36,337 nucleotides of DNA, from contig JAUQYZ020000050.1 of assembly GCA_030587475.2 (NCBI GenBank), positions 1 through 36,337 of the forward strand. The letters run 5' to 3'. The DNA comes from Candidatus Sigynarchaeum calidifontis (lineage in GTDB: Archaea > Asgardarchaeota > Lokiarchaeia > Sigyniarchaeales > Sigyniarchaeaceae). The notes under the pieces were generated by a model. The model was not told where the DNA came from. It saw nothing but the letters and a program-made list of their open reading frames with translations, and made no database searches. A program made the translations under genes and the position numbers. Of the stretch, positions 19,411 to 28,617 are shown one piece after another. Each line of letters opens with the position of its first letter. Within the stretch, counting starts at the first letter, position 1.

Positions 19411-19585
19411 AAAGTCTTCTTTCTTTTCTATTTCTAACGAAACAACTTCGCATTCGTCTTATCCTAGATAATGTGGAAGTTTGATTTATCAGCCATCGCG
19501 CGGTAAAATCTTGGCAATTTTCCAAGTTTGTCTGTTTTTTTAGTTAGAGCTTCAAATATATAAGAGAAATAAAATCACTATCGAC

Positions 19586-20596
19586 ATGTACATGTCTCCC
19601 GTGGATAATGACCCCATGTCGAACATCAGGGACCTGACCGTTTTTCAAAAAACGGACGACGTGTTCTTCTACAAGATAACCTGTAAAACAGGCTTGATAG
19701 TGGGGATGATTATATACGAGACCGTGCTAACGATCTTCACCCTTGTTACTTTTTTCCTTCCAGGCACATACGATATTTATCTCCAGCTAGCCGTGCGGAT
19801 TACTGCTCTTTCACTTCAAGTGTCGTTCACGATCCATTTCATTGCCGGGGCTCAAGTGACTACGATCTTCGTCAAGATCGACAAGGTATCGGGTATCGTG
19901 GCACGTTTAATGAAGAAAAAACCGTTTAAACCGTGGTACGTGGATATCGCACGCTTATCAACGATACGGAGTGTCGTGATACAAAAACTTACATATCCGA
20001 CTGAAACGCGCGGTCGCGGTGTCTATACGAGCGTGTCGCTTGATATGACATCGGGGATCATGGATATCCTTCCAGAGGCGAATTTCAAGCGGATGGAAGG
20101 ATTCCAGATGTTTATCGCCAGCTTTCTATGGGGATCGTTCCAAGAACCACGAGGCCCGACAGGATCTGCGCTTGAAAGAGTAACAGCTAGGATCCAGAGC
20201 CGGATCGATAATCCTGGCTTTCAAGAACCGCAAAAAGAGATTGATTGCCACTTTGAAGAGTTGAAGGCCACGATCCGGCGCATTAATCCTGGTGGACACG
20301 TAATGGGACATGCTCCCACGGCGTACAATAGCCGGTTCAAGAAAGAAATTACCCTCGTGCTTTCGGATCCTATTCATGATCGAATCGCTTTACAAAACAT
20401 TGAACGGGATCTAGGGCTTGAGGACACGGATAGAATGCGCGAGCGATTAATCGTGTTGTCCCGTGCGATAGAGCGCACCTTTGTGGCATCTAATATTCAT
20501 TCATTGCCAGAGAAAGTAGAAAGGATTTATATCCTGGTGCTTTTCTGCCTTGCCCGCGCCGCCAAGTTGCAACGGAGCCGTGATATCAAGCACTAG
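19586..20596 (+). CDS. Hypothetical protein with two N-terminal TM helices
   Basis: 336-aa ORF with two hydrophobic segments near aa 35-95 and a TATA-like sequence upstream. No motif recognised. Confidence 0.6.
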   Translation: MYMSPVDNDPMSNIRDLTVFQKTDDVFFYKITCKTGLIVGMIIYETVLTIFTLVTFFLPGTYDIYLQLAVRITALSLQVSFTIHFIAGAQVTTIFVKIDKVSGIVARLMKKKPFKPWYVDIARLSTIRSVVIQKLTYPTETRGRGVYTSVSLDMTSGIMDILPEANFKRMEGFQMFIASFLWGSFQEPRGPTGSALERVTARIQSRIDNPGFQEPQKEIDCHFEELKATIRRINPGGHVMGHAPTAYNSRFKKEITLVLSDPIHDRIALQNIERDLGLEDTDRMRERLIVLSRAIERTFVASNIHSLPEKVERIYILVLFCLARAAKLQRSRDIKH

Positions 20597-21126
20597 GCGC
20601 GTGACGAATTGAAAATTCACCAGCTTGCCATTGACTTGCCATAAAAAACTTTTAGATCTCCCGTGATTCAATCGGGAATTGCATCTATTAGATAATTCTT
20701 GTCGACCAGTATATCGCATATACGATCGGCTGCCTCTTACAGATGCAATAATCGAAATCTTTATACATCGAACGAGATCCATAAATGTCCAGGTTGCGAT
20801 TCATTCGCTTGCAAATCAAGACCACGAGGACATATTTGCTCTCTTGATATCGTTAGTTCGATATTATTTTGTAAATACGGGCCTTGGGAAAGTCTTTGGG
20901 TCGAGATTCGTGATGCAATTATCAAAAAAGGCATTTTTCATTTCAATCCTGCATCATCTTTGTCGCTGTTAATGTTCCATGGCAAAAAAAAAAAAATAAC
21001 TTAGGATGAGAAAAGACCGTCAATTCACTGGCCATCGATCGTGGCAATTCTCCGCTTCAGCGTGGATATGACCACGATGCCTCCATTCTCGTTACAATCG
21101 CCTCTGGATAGTTAAGATAGTGGCGC

Positions 21127-22353
21127 TCATCGTGCCGATGCACTGGCGATCTCGCTCGTCGATTGTCGAATCGATGAAAACGATCTTGCAAGGAACAGCA
21201 TTGCGAAGCACTGAATCACGACGACGAACACGAGACTCCAGATGAACGGTGCTCGAAGATCCGTGAAGGTGCCATACACGAGGCCACTCAAGACGAAACC
21301 AACGCCGTAAACCGTGTTGAATATGCCATAGGCCAAGCCTCGTGAAGATATCGGCGTGAGGTCCGCCACTGCCGCACGATAGATCGATTCTTGCATTCCA
21401 AGAACGACACCAAAGAAGATCGCTGCCCCGAAAAGCGAAATGACTTGGGTTTCTATCATGACCAGCAATGCAGGAAACAACGATAGCACGAAAGAAGAAA
21501 ACAAGACCTTTCTACCGAATTTATCATAAAGTATCCCGCTTATGAGTGCTACAGGGGCATCCACGCATTGGATGATCAAGTACACGAGGGGAACGACCCA
21601 GAGCATGCCGGTCGGTTTGAAAATTTCAGTAGCCTTGAAGAGAATCAAGGAGGCTGGTATAAGACCTGCCGTGTTCAAGAATACTGCTAAAGAGTAGATA
21701 TAGAACGACTTTCCAAGCTTGTACCTTTCTCTTGCAGCTTTCGGCTTTTCAGGAATGAAAATTGTCGGGCCGACACGTTTATAGGTGCAGGTCAAAACAA
21801 CAATGAGCATGAGAAACGGGATCGCGAGAAAGCCAAGCGACATGTTATAATTGTTGCCCGTGACGCCGATGATGACCGTCACGATGAGCGGGCCGATTAT
21901 CGCGCCGATTTGATCCAGCAATTCGTGGATACCGAACGCCTTGCCTGCTCCGACACCCTTGCTGATGAAGGACAAGACGGTGTCCCTCGATGGAGACCTG
22001 AACGCTTTCCCAACCCTTTCGGTTAGGACGAGTACAATGGCAATTTCAAGGCCAAGGGGAATTCCTAAGAAAGGGATTGCACCGATCAAGCCGTACCCTA
22101 TAAAAATGAATGTCCAATATGCCCGGGTGGAATCCGCAAGAAAACCACTCAACAACCGCAATGCATACCCTAAAAAATCCCCAAAGCCTCCGACCAGCCC
22201 GACGAGAACAGCGCTCGCGCCGAGGAATTCTAGATAACTCGGGACGATGCCTCGCGCTCCCTCGTAAACTATATCTCCCAGCAAACTCACGATCCCGAAG
22301 AGAAGGATACCGATCTTCGCAGCTTTCAACCGTTCACTTTCTTTTTCATTCAT
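21127..22353 (-). CDS. MFS transporter (12 TM)
   Basis: VSLLGDIVYEGARG, SGFLADS, ERVGKAFRSPSRD, GILYDKFGRK and SRGLAYGIFN motifs. Preceded by a fluoride riboswitch. Confidence 0.92.
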   Translation of the reverse strand: MNEKESERLKAAKIGILLFGIVSLLGDIVYEGARGIVPSYLEFLGASAVLVGLVGGFGDFLGYALRLLSGFLADSTRAYWTFIFIGYGLIGAIPFLGIPLGLEIAIVLVLTERVGKAFRSPSRDTVLSFISKGVGAGKAFGIHELLDQIGAIIGPLIVTVIIGVTGNNYNMSLGFLAIPFLMLIVVLTCTYKRVGPTIFIPEKPKAARERYKLGKSFYIYSLAVFLNTAGLIPASLILFKATEIFKPTGMLWVVPLVYLIIQCVDAPVALISGILYDKFGRKVLFSSFVLSLFPALLVMIETQVISLFGAAIFFGVVLGMQESIYRAAVADLTPISSRGLAYGIFNTVYGVGFVLSGLVYGTFTDLRAPFIWSLVFVVVIQCFAMLFLARSFSSIRQSTSEIASASAR

Positions 22354-22435
22354 CCCAACCGTTCTCCATCATTTTCGAGTTTTGTTACATCTACTTCGAA
22401 GAAAACAACCATTTTCATAATCTTTGGTTGTGCGT

Positions 22436-22503
22436 TTAGAAGCTATCAACCTTGCAAAAGGCAGTTTAGAAAGACCTCATTCTCGGAGGGCCTCATCTCC
22501 ATT
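22436..22503 (-). ncRNA. Fluoride riboswitch (crcB motif) upstream of the MFS gene
   Basis: Minus strand reads GGAGATGAGGCCCTCC-GAGAATGAGGTCTTTC-TAAACTGCC-TTTTGCAAGG-TTGATAGCTTCTA. P1 is GGAG/CTCC, with the conserved GATG and AAAC.GC, and pseudoknot GAGGC/GCTTC. Confidence 0.85.
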
Positions 22504-22835
22504 ATTCAGATGGTTACTGTTCATAAAAATGTTCTCAATCAACCCGATTGCATGTCGAGAATGGATGAAATATGAGTTTGATGGTGAAATCCAAGCAATT
22601 TCGATACAAAACGTATCAACATGCTTTGACTTGACGAGAGAACCACCAGTCATTTTTTTTGGCAAGAATCTTCTGTCTTCATGGTAGTCTGAGGCACAAG
22701 CATACTCTCGATGGATTCCATCAACCATGTCATGTTTCTAAATCATTCCAACCCTTTTTGGGATTAATGCTTGATAAAAAAGAGCTTGAATATGGAAAAA
22801 TGAAAAACATTAAAGGAACTAACGGAATTCAAATG

Positions 22836-22906
22836 AATGGAGATGAAGCTCTCCGAGAAAATTTTTTTTGTTCTAAACTGCCTTCTGAGAGGATGATAGC
22901 TTCTAC
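22836..22906 (+). ncRNA. Fluoride riboswitch (crcB motif) upstream of the short ORF / P-type ATPase
   Basis: GGAGATGAAGCTCTCC-GAGAAAATTTTTTTTGTTC-TAAACTGCC-TTCTGAGAGG-ATGATAGCTTCTAC. P1 is GGAGA/TCTCC and the pseudoknot is GAAGCT/AGCTTC. Confidence 0.88.
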
Positions 22907-22957
22907 CCAGAGCATCTTGTATAGTATCAAGCAATATAATTCAAGACGGTGAAGCTA

Positions 22958-23047
22958 ATGGCAACGAACGAACTCGATCAAGTGAAGATCTGGATTTACC
23001 GGAAGACCGGGATCTTAGGAAGGTCGGATCAAGCATTCAAGAAATAA
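22958..23047 (+). other. 29-codon ORF (MATNELDQVKIWIYRKTGILGRSDQAFKK) directly after the + riboswitch; leader peptide or gene remnant
   Basis: GGTGA SD at 22948-22952, ATG at 22958, TAA at 23045-47. Confidence 0.35.
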
Positions 23048-23130
23048 CGATTAGATGTAACTAATATTTCAAACAAATTTTTCGAAATCATCGCGTCTCA
23101 GCGAAAAAAAAAGCAAACAATCACCAGCAC

Positions 23131-24204
23131 GTGAATAAAACGATACACGAAAAGACTAACAAGAACATCGAACCCGAAGCGGATAACGCGCGCAAAGGAG
23201 ATATTCTCCTTTTACAGGCAGGCGATCTCGTCTCGGCCGATGTCAAGCTCATCGAAGCTAACGGTTTAGAAGTCGACGAGTTCGAGTTGACCGGGGAAAT
23301 TATGCCCGTGAAAAAGGAGATTGGTGAAGGAAAAGATATCAACGTGTATAATGGTAGTCGGGTGATAAGAGGGCATGCGAAGGGGGTCGTTATTGCAACC
23401 GGTGCAAAAACCGAGTACGGGGAAATCCTATCGATGCGCTACAGGCTAGTGAAGCGTAAAAATCCCCCCTTATTAAAAAAAAGGTTTTTTCTCTTACCCA
23501 TTCTCTTGATTCCGCATTTTCTAGTTGATTTCTTCATAGCTGGCGACCTTCTGCGCGGGTGTTTGATACACGTCGCAATCGCGTTCTTTCTCGTCTTTAT
23601 ACAGAATAGTGAATTGTTCAAATACATCCTTCTTTCACGTGAAGTTGAAAAATTGCAGACGAAACACGTCCAGTTCCATGACGAGACCGTATTGGAGGTT
23701 TTCGATTCCCTCGATGTTATCTGTTTCGACAAGACCGGAGTACTGACAACCCAAGACCTCGAAGTGAAGCAAGTCCATCTTGCCAACGGCACGCCGGATA
23801 AAGACTCGCGCATTTTCGACTTGATCCGCAATGCGTGTGCATTATGCAACGACATCGTCTTCTTGGAAAAGATAAAACATGCAGACCCCCTCGATAGAGC
23901 CATGTTATCCTTTGCATCAAGGAATGGTGTAGACATCTACGAGATCAAGTTGAAGTACAGGCGGATCTACGAGGAACCATTCGATTCAGAACGAAGGTAT
24001 ATGGCTTCTGGGTTTGAACTTGTTGGTGATAAAAAAAAACTATTCCTGGTAAAAGGAGATCCCGAGATCATAATGAAGATGTGTAAAACTTATATCACGT
24101 GCTCGGGAGACGAGAAAGAGATAGACCTGGATTTCATGACGGCGATTAATCCAAAAAACGAATCATTAAATGGCCCGATGGCCTTCCCGGGCAAGATCAC
24201 GTGA
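23131..24204 (+). pseudogene. Truncated cation-transporting P-type ATPase (A domain, phosphorylation site, part of N domain)
   Basis: GDLVSADVKL, DEFELTGE, ICFDKTGVLT, DPLDRAML, PFDSERRYM and VKGDPE are present. The ORF stops before the DPPR/TGD/GDGxND motifs and the C-terminal TM helices. Confidence 0.75.
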
Positions 24205-24213
24205 TGTATCCAA

Positions 24214-24408
24214 TTACTTGAAGGAGGGCATAACCGGCTTTACCGGCTTGCTAACGTTGCTTTTTGCCTTTGCATCTGCCGATGCTTGTACCTTCAATTT
24301 CTCCTTCTCGAGCATGTCGATGCATTCTTTTAGCTGGAAGATCGCATCATCGTACGTACCCGCTTTTATGAGAAGCTTTACCGAGTCGAGGATTTCTTCT
24401 ACGCTCAT
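24214..24408 (-). CDS. Small hypothetical helical protein (64 aa)
   Basis: MSVEEILDSVKLLIKAGTYDDAIFQLKECIDMLEKEK..., helical-hairpin/TPR-like. Likely start 24408. Confidence 0.5.
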   Translation of the reverse strand: MSVEEILDSVKLLIKAGTYDDAIFQLKECIDMLEKEKLKVQASADAKAKSNVSKPVKPVMPSFK

Positions 24409-24622
24409 GGGATTCACACGATATCTCTGCTTTTTTATCGCATGGAGTGATTTCTTTTTGAACAATATAATATCCTTTTCTTTGTTAATCACAAGTATGA
24501 AAGTTTTTCTCGCAGCGTAACTTCTCAAAAACAAAATGACTCGTACGATCGGGCCGCGGGGCGTGCTTCTTCCTGCTCGGGGAATCTATAATTAAAAAGA
24601 AGACTATCCGGAGAAACGCAAA

Positions 24623-25339
24623 ATGCAATTCAAGTTTGATCCACACATCCACACGAGATTTTCCGATGGAACTATCTTCTATAACGGCATTGCCGATCTC
24701 AAGTACTTGGTCAAGCGGGACAAGATCACGGCATTCACGGTCACTGATCACAACACGACCCGCGGCGTGAAGTACGCAAGGCGGGTTTGCGAGTCGCTTG
24801 GCCTTGTTTTCATCCCTGGCATCGAAATCTCGGCAAAAGAGGGCCACCTCGTTGCCTACGGGCTCTTGGAATGGAACAAAGGCGCATACCAGCTAACGGT
24901 CGACGAGGTAATCGACGCGTGCCGTGCGGCAGGTTCGGTGATCGTCGTCGCGCACCCGATGGACAGGCGCATGGGGATCAAGCAACTCATGTTCGAGCCG
25001 AGGATCTACAAGCGGGTCGACGGTTTCGAGTATTACAACGGCGCCACGCCGCTCAATGCGGTTCACCTGAACAAGCACGGTATCCAGCAACTCCATGGCC
25101 TTTGCAGGTATGCTGGATCGGACTGCCACTCGCGCGTACTTTTCTGCAAGTTCCACGTGCTAGTCGATGCAGCATCAAGCAAGCTCGACGACATCCTCGA
25201 TGCAATGCGCGACAAGCGAAATGTAACCGCTGTCGGCCCGGTCATGGATATCCCGCATTGGATCGCGGATTTCCCGCCCGCATTCACCCGCCGCCGCGAG
25301 ATAAAGCGGTTAGAACGACTTGGTAAGGTAACAGATTAA
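24623..25339 (+). CDS. PHP-domain metal-dependent phosphoesterase
   Basis: DPHIHTRFSDG, VTDHN, IPGIEIS, GH, VAHP and GSDCH motifs. Confidence 0.9.
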   Translation: MQFKFDPHIHTRFSDGTIFYNGIADLKYLVKRDKITAFTVTDHNTTRGVKYARRVCESLGLVFIPGIEISAKEGHLVAYGLLEWNKGAYQLTVDEVIDACRAAGSVIVVAHPMDRRMGIKQLMFEPRIYKRVDGFEYYNGATPLNAVHLNKHGIQQLHGLCRYAGSDCHSRVLFCKFHVLVDAASSKLDDILDAMRDKRNVTAVGPVMDIPHWIADFPPAFTRRREIKRLERLGKVTD

Positions 25340-25363
25340 ACATGTGGTTTGAAGGGGTGCTTG

Positions 25364-25795
25364 CTAATCGATCCTTTGTAGATATGTGTCGAAATCCCCA
25401 TCGAACGATGCTATTTTATCAATCTCATTATGTCGACAAAGAACGACATTTGAGGCATCAACGAAGCTGAGATATTGCTTCTTGGTTTTTGCCTTTTTAT
25501 TGTGATTCTGGAACAGCGTCCAAATATCCTCTAGAATAGCCACATTTACATCGAGCAAGCGAACTACTCGCGTTGAACCCGAGAACATCTCGTGAAACTT
25601 GTCGATGATTCTGTTATTATTCGATGTTCGAATCAAGATCAGCGTGGCAGTCTCAGCAATCACGAAGGTGGACGTGAAGATCAATCCATAGTTGCCTCCT
25701 GCCATAGCTCGAAACATGCGGACGCTCGTCTTGTGATTCGGATCTAAAGGGTGGCACAGCCCAAGAAAAAAGCTTGTGTCGAGGAATATCCCCAA
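25364..25795 (-). CDS. vapC: PIN-domain toxin (VapC)
   Basis: IFLDTSFF, VIAET, LSFVDAS and IASFDGDF acidic PIN motifs. TTG start behind a GGGTGA SD. Confidence 0.88.
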   Translation of the reverse strand: MGIFLDTSFFLGLCHPLDPNHKTSVRMFRAMAGGNYGLIFTSTFVIAETATLILIRTSNNNRIIDKFHEMFSGSTRVVRLLDVNVAILEDIWTLFQNHNKKAKTKKQYLSFVDASNVVLCRHNEIDKIASFDGDFDTYLQRID

Positions 25796-25808
25796 AATTC
25801 TCACCCGA

Positions 25809-26093
25809 TTAAATTGAATACGCGTCATTATCGAATTCGGAAGCAAACGTGGCATGAACGTTATAAGGCACGTCTGTGAACGTTTCAACTTCCTCGATAA
25901 AGCGCTCCGCGATGTCGGGCGTGAGGACGGGCATCGATGATGCTATGCGCAAGATATCCTCGAACTTGGCATTTGCATATTCTATGCATAGATCTAATGT
26001 CTCTTGTTGCGAGATTTTCCGCCCCAAGCGTAAAATTAGTTTTGCTTGGAGATCATCGATGAGCTTTTTGTTCGTAATTTTGATTACTGCCAT
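25809..26093 (-). CDS. Putative antitoxin (VapB-type) upstream of the PIN toxin
   Basis: 94 aa. Basic N-terminus (LQAKLILRLGRKISQQETLD) and acidic C-terminus. 13 nt upstream of vapC. Confidence 0.7.
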   Translation of the reverse strand: MAVIKITNKKLIDDLQAKLILRLGRKISQQETLDLCIEYANAKFEDILRIASSMPVLTPDIAERFIEEVETFTDVPYNVHATFASEFDNDAYSI

Positions 26094-26100
26094 GATTATC

Positions 26101-26139
26101 TGAGTAACCTATAATACTATTGGTATAAAAAGCTACTCA
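26101..26139 (-). promoter_or_regulatory. TA operon promoter with inverted-repeat operator TGAGTA...TACTCA
   Basis: IR arms at 26101-06 and 26134-39 flank the minus-strand TTTTTATA box about 30 nt upstream of the antitoxin ATG. Confidence 0.5.
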
Positions 26140-26313
26140 CCACGTGGCATTATACAGTGCTTATAAGCAATACACATTCGTGATAAACACGACTTGCACG
26201 GCTTAATCGACCTTCATCAAATAGTGTGTTCTGAATGCTATTCGCCCTGCTTGCTTTTATCATACGCCGCGTGTTAAAGTGGCTGGAACGGCGAGGCAAT
26301 GGGCGGGAGGAGG

Positions 26314-27183
26314 TTATAGGCGTCGCTTCAGAGTGAGCGCGCCAGAAGGGCATTTCGTGGTGCAAAGACCACATCCCACGCATTTTCTCGGCTCATAGGC
26401 CATTTTTCCTCCCGCATCGTGCATGGCGCTGAAATGGCAGCGCTGCAAGCATGTTTTGCATTGTTGACACTTGCTCGCGTCCCACGCGGCTATGAAATCC
26501 GACTTGACGACCGCGGGGAAGCCCCATTTCCTCGTGTTCGATAAAGTCAAGCAAAAATCCGGGTGGCACGCGCATATGATGTAGAAGTAGTCGGGCGATG
26601 GGAAGAAGATGAGCTGGTGCACGTATCCCTGGTCGTTCCACTCGACGAGTTTGCGCTCCACCTCTTCGTAGGTCAAGTTCCTGGATATCATCTTGTGCGG
26701 GTCGTTTGCGGCCATGGTGTTGATGGCTTGCAGGTTCTGGCCCCACCCGAGCGCGAGGCAAGAATACCGGTCGGGCGAGCTGGCCTCTTTTTTCCCGTAG
26801 GTGCGGTAACAATAGCACCAGTTCAGGGACCGGATGGGGGTACGCTTGGCGATCTCGAGGATCTGCTGGCTTGGCATCACGGCCGTGCCCACGTCGTCGA
26901 TCCTCACGTTCAAGGGCACTATCTTCGAGCCCCACTTGCCATCAAGCAAACGCATCAACCGCGCGCGTGTCGACGGGACAACTTTACTCGTTATTCTGAC
27001 GCCCTCCATGATGGCGAGTTCCAGCGCACCGAATAAGATCGACAAGGCTTGCCCGAGCTTCTTGTTCCGATTGATGTACGCATACCACTGCGCGAGGCCT
27101 TTCACGCGTTTTTCAAGGAGCTTCAAGATGGAACGGGGCTGGTTCGCTGACGGGTTGCCAAGTTGGCCGTAAAAACGGTACAT
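26314..27183 (-). CDS. 4Fe-4S ferredoxin-domain protein
   Basis: C-terminal CQQCKTCLQRCH and CVGCGLCTTKCP, plus additional Cys motifs CYC and CACHPDFC. Confidence 0.85.
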   Translation of the reverse strand: MYRFYGQLGNPSANQPRSILKLLEKRVKGLAQWYAYINRNKKLGQALSILFGALELAIMEGVRITSKVVPSTRARLMRLLDGKWGSKIVPLNVRIDDVGTAVMPSQQILEIAKRTPIRSLNWCYCYRTYGKKEASSPDRYSCLALGWGQNLQAINTMAANDPHKMISRNLTYEEVERKLVEWNDQGYVHQLIFFPSPDYFYIICACHPDFCLTLSNTRKWGFPAVVKSDFIAAWDASKCQQCKTCLQRCHFSAMHDAGGKMAYEPRKCVGCGLCTTKCPSGALTLKRRL

Positions 27184-27247
27184 GATAGATAGAAGCGGTC
27201 GTGGGAAAAAAAAAATGAGAATGGCACGCGGTGGGAAGCGGCGCTAC

Positions 27248-28294
27248 TTACAGCTCGACGGGCACCCATCTTTTCTCCTTGATTGACCGGTACCCGGCGT
27301 CCAGGATGGCGTTCACGACCACGCCGTCCTTGAATGTCTCGATGGGCATCTTGCCGTCCGCGATGCAGCGCGTGAAATGCTTGAGCTCGTCGTAGTACCC
27401 GTATACCATGTACTCGTTGGGACACGGGAATAGCCAACCCTTGTCGACCTCGCCTTTCTCGACCGTGTACCCCGCCCCGCGGGCGCTGAAGATCTTGATG
27501 CCCGTCTCGCGGGTGGGATCGACGAACAGCGCTCCTTCCTTGCCGTGTATTTCCATGCGGAGGTCGAGGCCCGCTCTGGTGCTCCACGAGTTCTCCGCCT
27601 GGCCGATCTGGCCGTGCTTGTATCGCACGACGATGAGGCAGTTGTCTTCACCCCGGGTCTTGTCCTTGTGCACGACGAGATCGCCCCATTCCATGACCTC
27701 AGCCGGCGTATCGTTGCCGAAGACTTTCCGCGCGACCTCGACGCAATGGCAGCCCATGTCAAGCGCGACGCCACCACCCGACCTGCTGATGTCCCAGAAA
27801 TGCGCCGCGTGCGGGCCGCCGTGGGCCTCGCGTGACCTGACCCAATAGGGATCGCCGAGTGCCCCGTTCTTGACCGCTTCGTAAGCGTACTGGTACAGCG
27901 GGAAGAAGACTTGATTCTCCGCGTAGCAGTGGATGACGCCCGCCTTCTCCACCGCCTTGAGCATTTCTTTCGCTTCCGCGGCGGTGCGTCCCAGGGGTTT
28001 CTCGCAGATCACGTGCTTGCCGTTCTCCGCTGCCAGTTTCGCGGCTTTTGCGTGCAAGTCGTTCGGGATACCGATTGACACGGCGTCGATCTCCTTCATA
28101 TTGCAGATCTTGTCAATCGCCTCGTCACCCGAGAATGCGACCTTGATGCCCCATTTTTGGGCGAATTTTTCCGCGTGCTCTCTCGTGTACGAACCGACCG
28201 CCACGATTTCGACGTTTCCGAGTTCCTTGTAGGCTTGCATATGGAAATCTTGGAGAAAACCCGATCCCAGGAGGCCCAGCTTGATGGTTTTCAT
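27248..28294 (-). CDS. Gfo/Idh/MocA family NAD(P)-dependent oxidoreductase
   Basis: LGLLGSGF Rossmann motif, GKHVICEKP and GGGVALDMGCH. Start at 28294 or 28300. Confidence 0.93.
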   Translation of the reverse strand: MKTIKLGLLGSGFLQDFHMQAYKELGNVEIVAVGSYTREHAEKFAQKWGIKVAFSGDEAIDKICNMKEIDAVSIGIPNDLHAKAAKLAAENGKHVICEKPLGRTAAEAKEMLKAVEKAGVIHCYAENQVFFPLYQYAYEAVKNGALGDPYWVRSREAHGGPHAAHFWDISRSGGGVALDMGCHCVEVARKVFGNDTPAEVMEWGDLVVHKDKTRGEDNCLIVVRYKHGQIGQAENSWSTRAGLDLRMEIHGKEGALFVDPTRETGIKIFSARGAGYTVEKGEVDKGWLFPCPNEYMVYGYYDELKHFTRCIADGKMPIETFKDGVVVNAILDAGYRSIKEKRWVPVEL

Positions 28295-28617
28295 GGCCAT
28301 CGATCTCTGTAACAAGTGCCGTGCTGGATGTCAATGGGAACGAGGCCTACAAATAACTAAAGCTGCAGTTAAATTACGATCAAGGTGTAAATAGGAATAG
28401 AGCAAAGAGAATGCTCGATATCTTAATAACGAGCTAAATGCCACTCCAAGATATTATATTAACAATATTGTTTCACCGATTACCAAAAGCAAACCGATTA
28501 ATCCTTCTTCGATCAGTTAAATAAAAGATACAAATACTCGTGATACTATGCCTTGTACAGAGAGAGTATGTTGCTTTCTTTGGAAACATCCTTGATGTTG
28601 TTGGAGAAAAGACAACA

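Noticed and set aside
22424-22952. Short ORFs sharing 'NGDEALRE' on opposite strands as duplicated peptides or MITE ends
   Set aside because: The shared peptide is just the translation of the two riboswitch P1 regions. No transposase or target-site duplication was seen.
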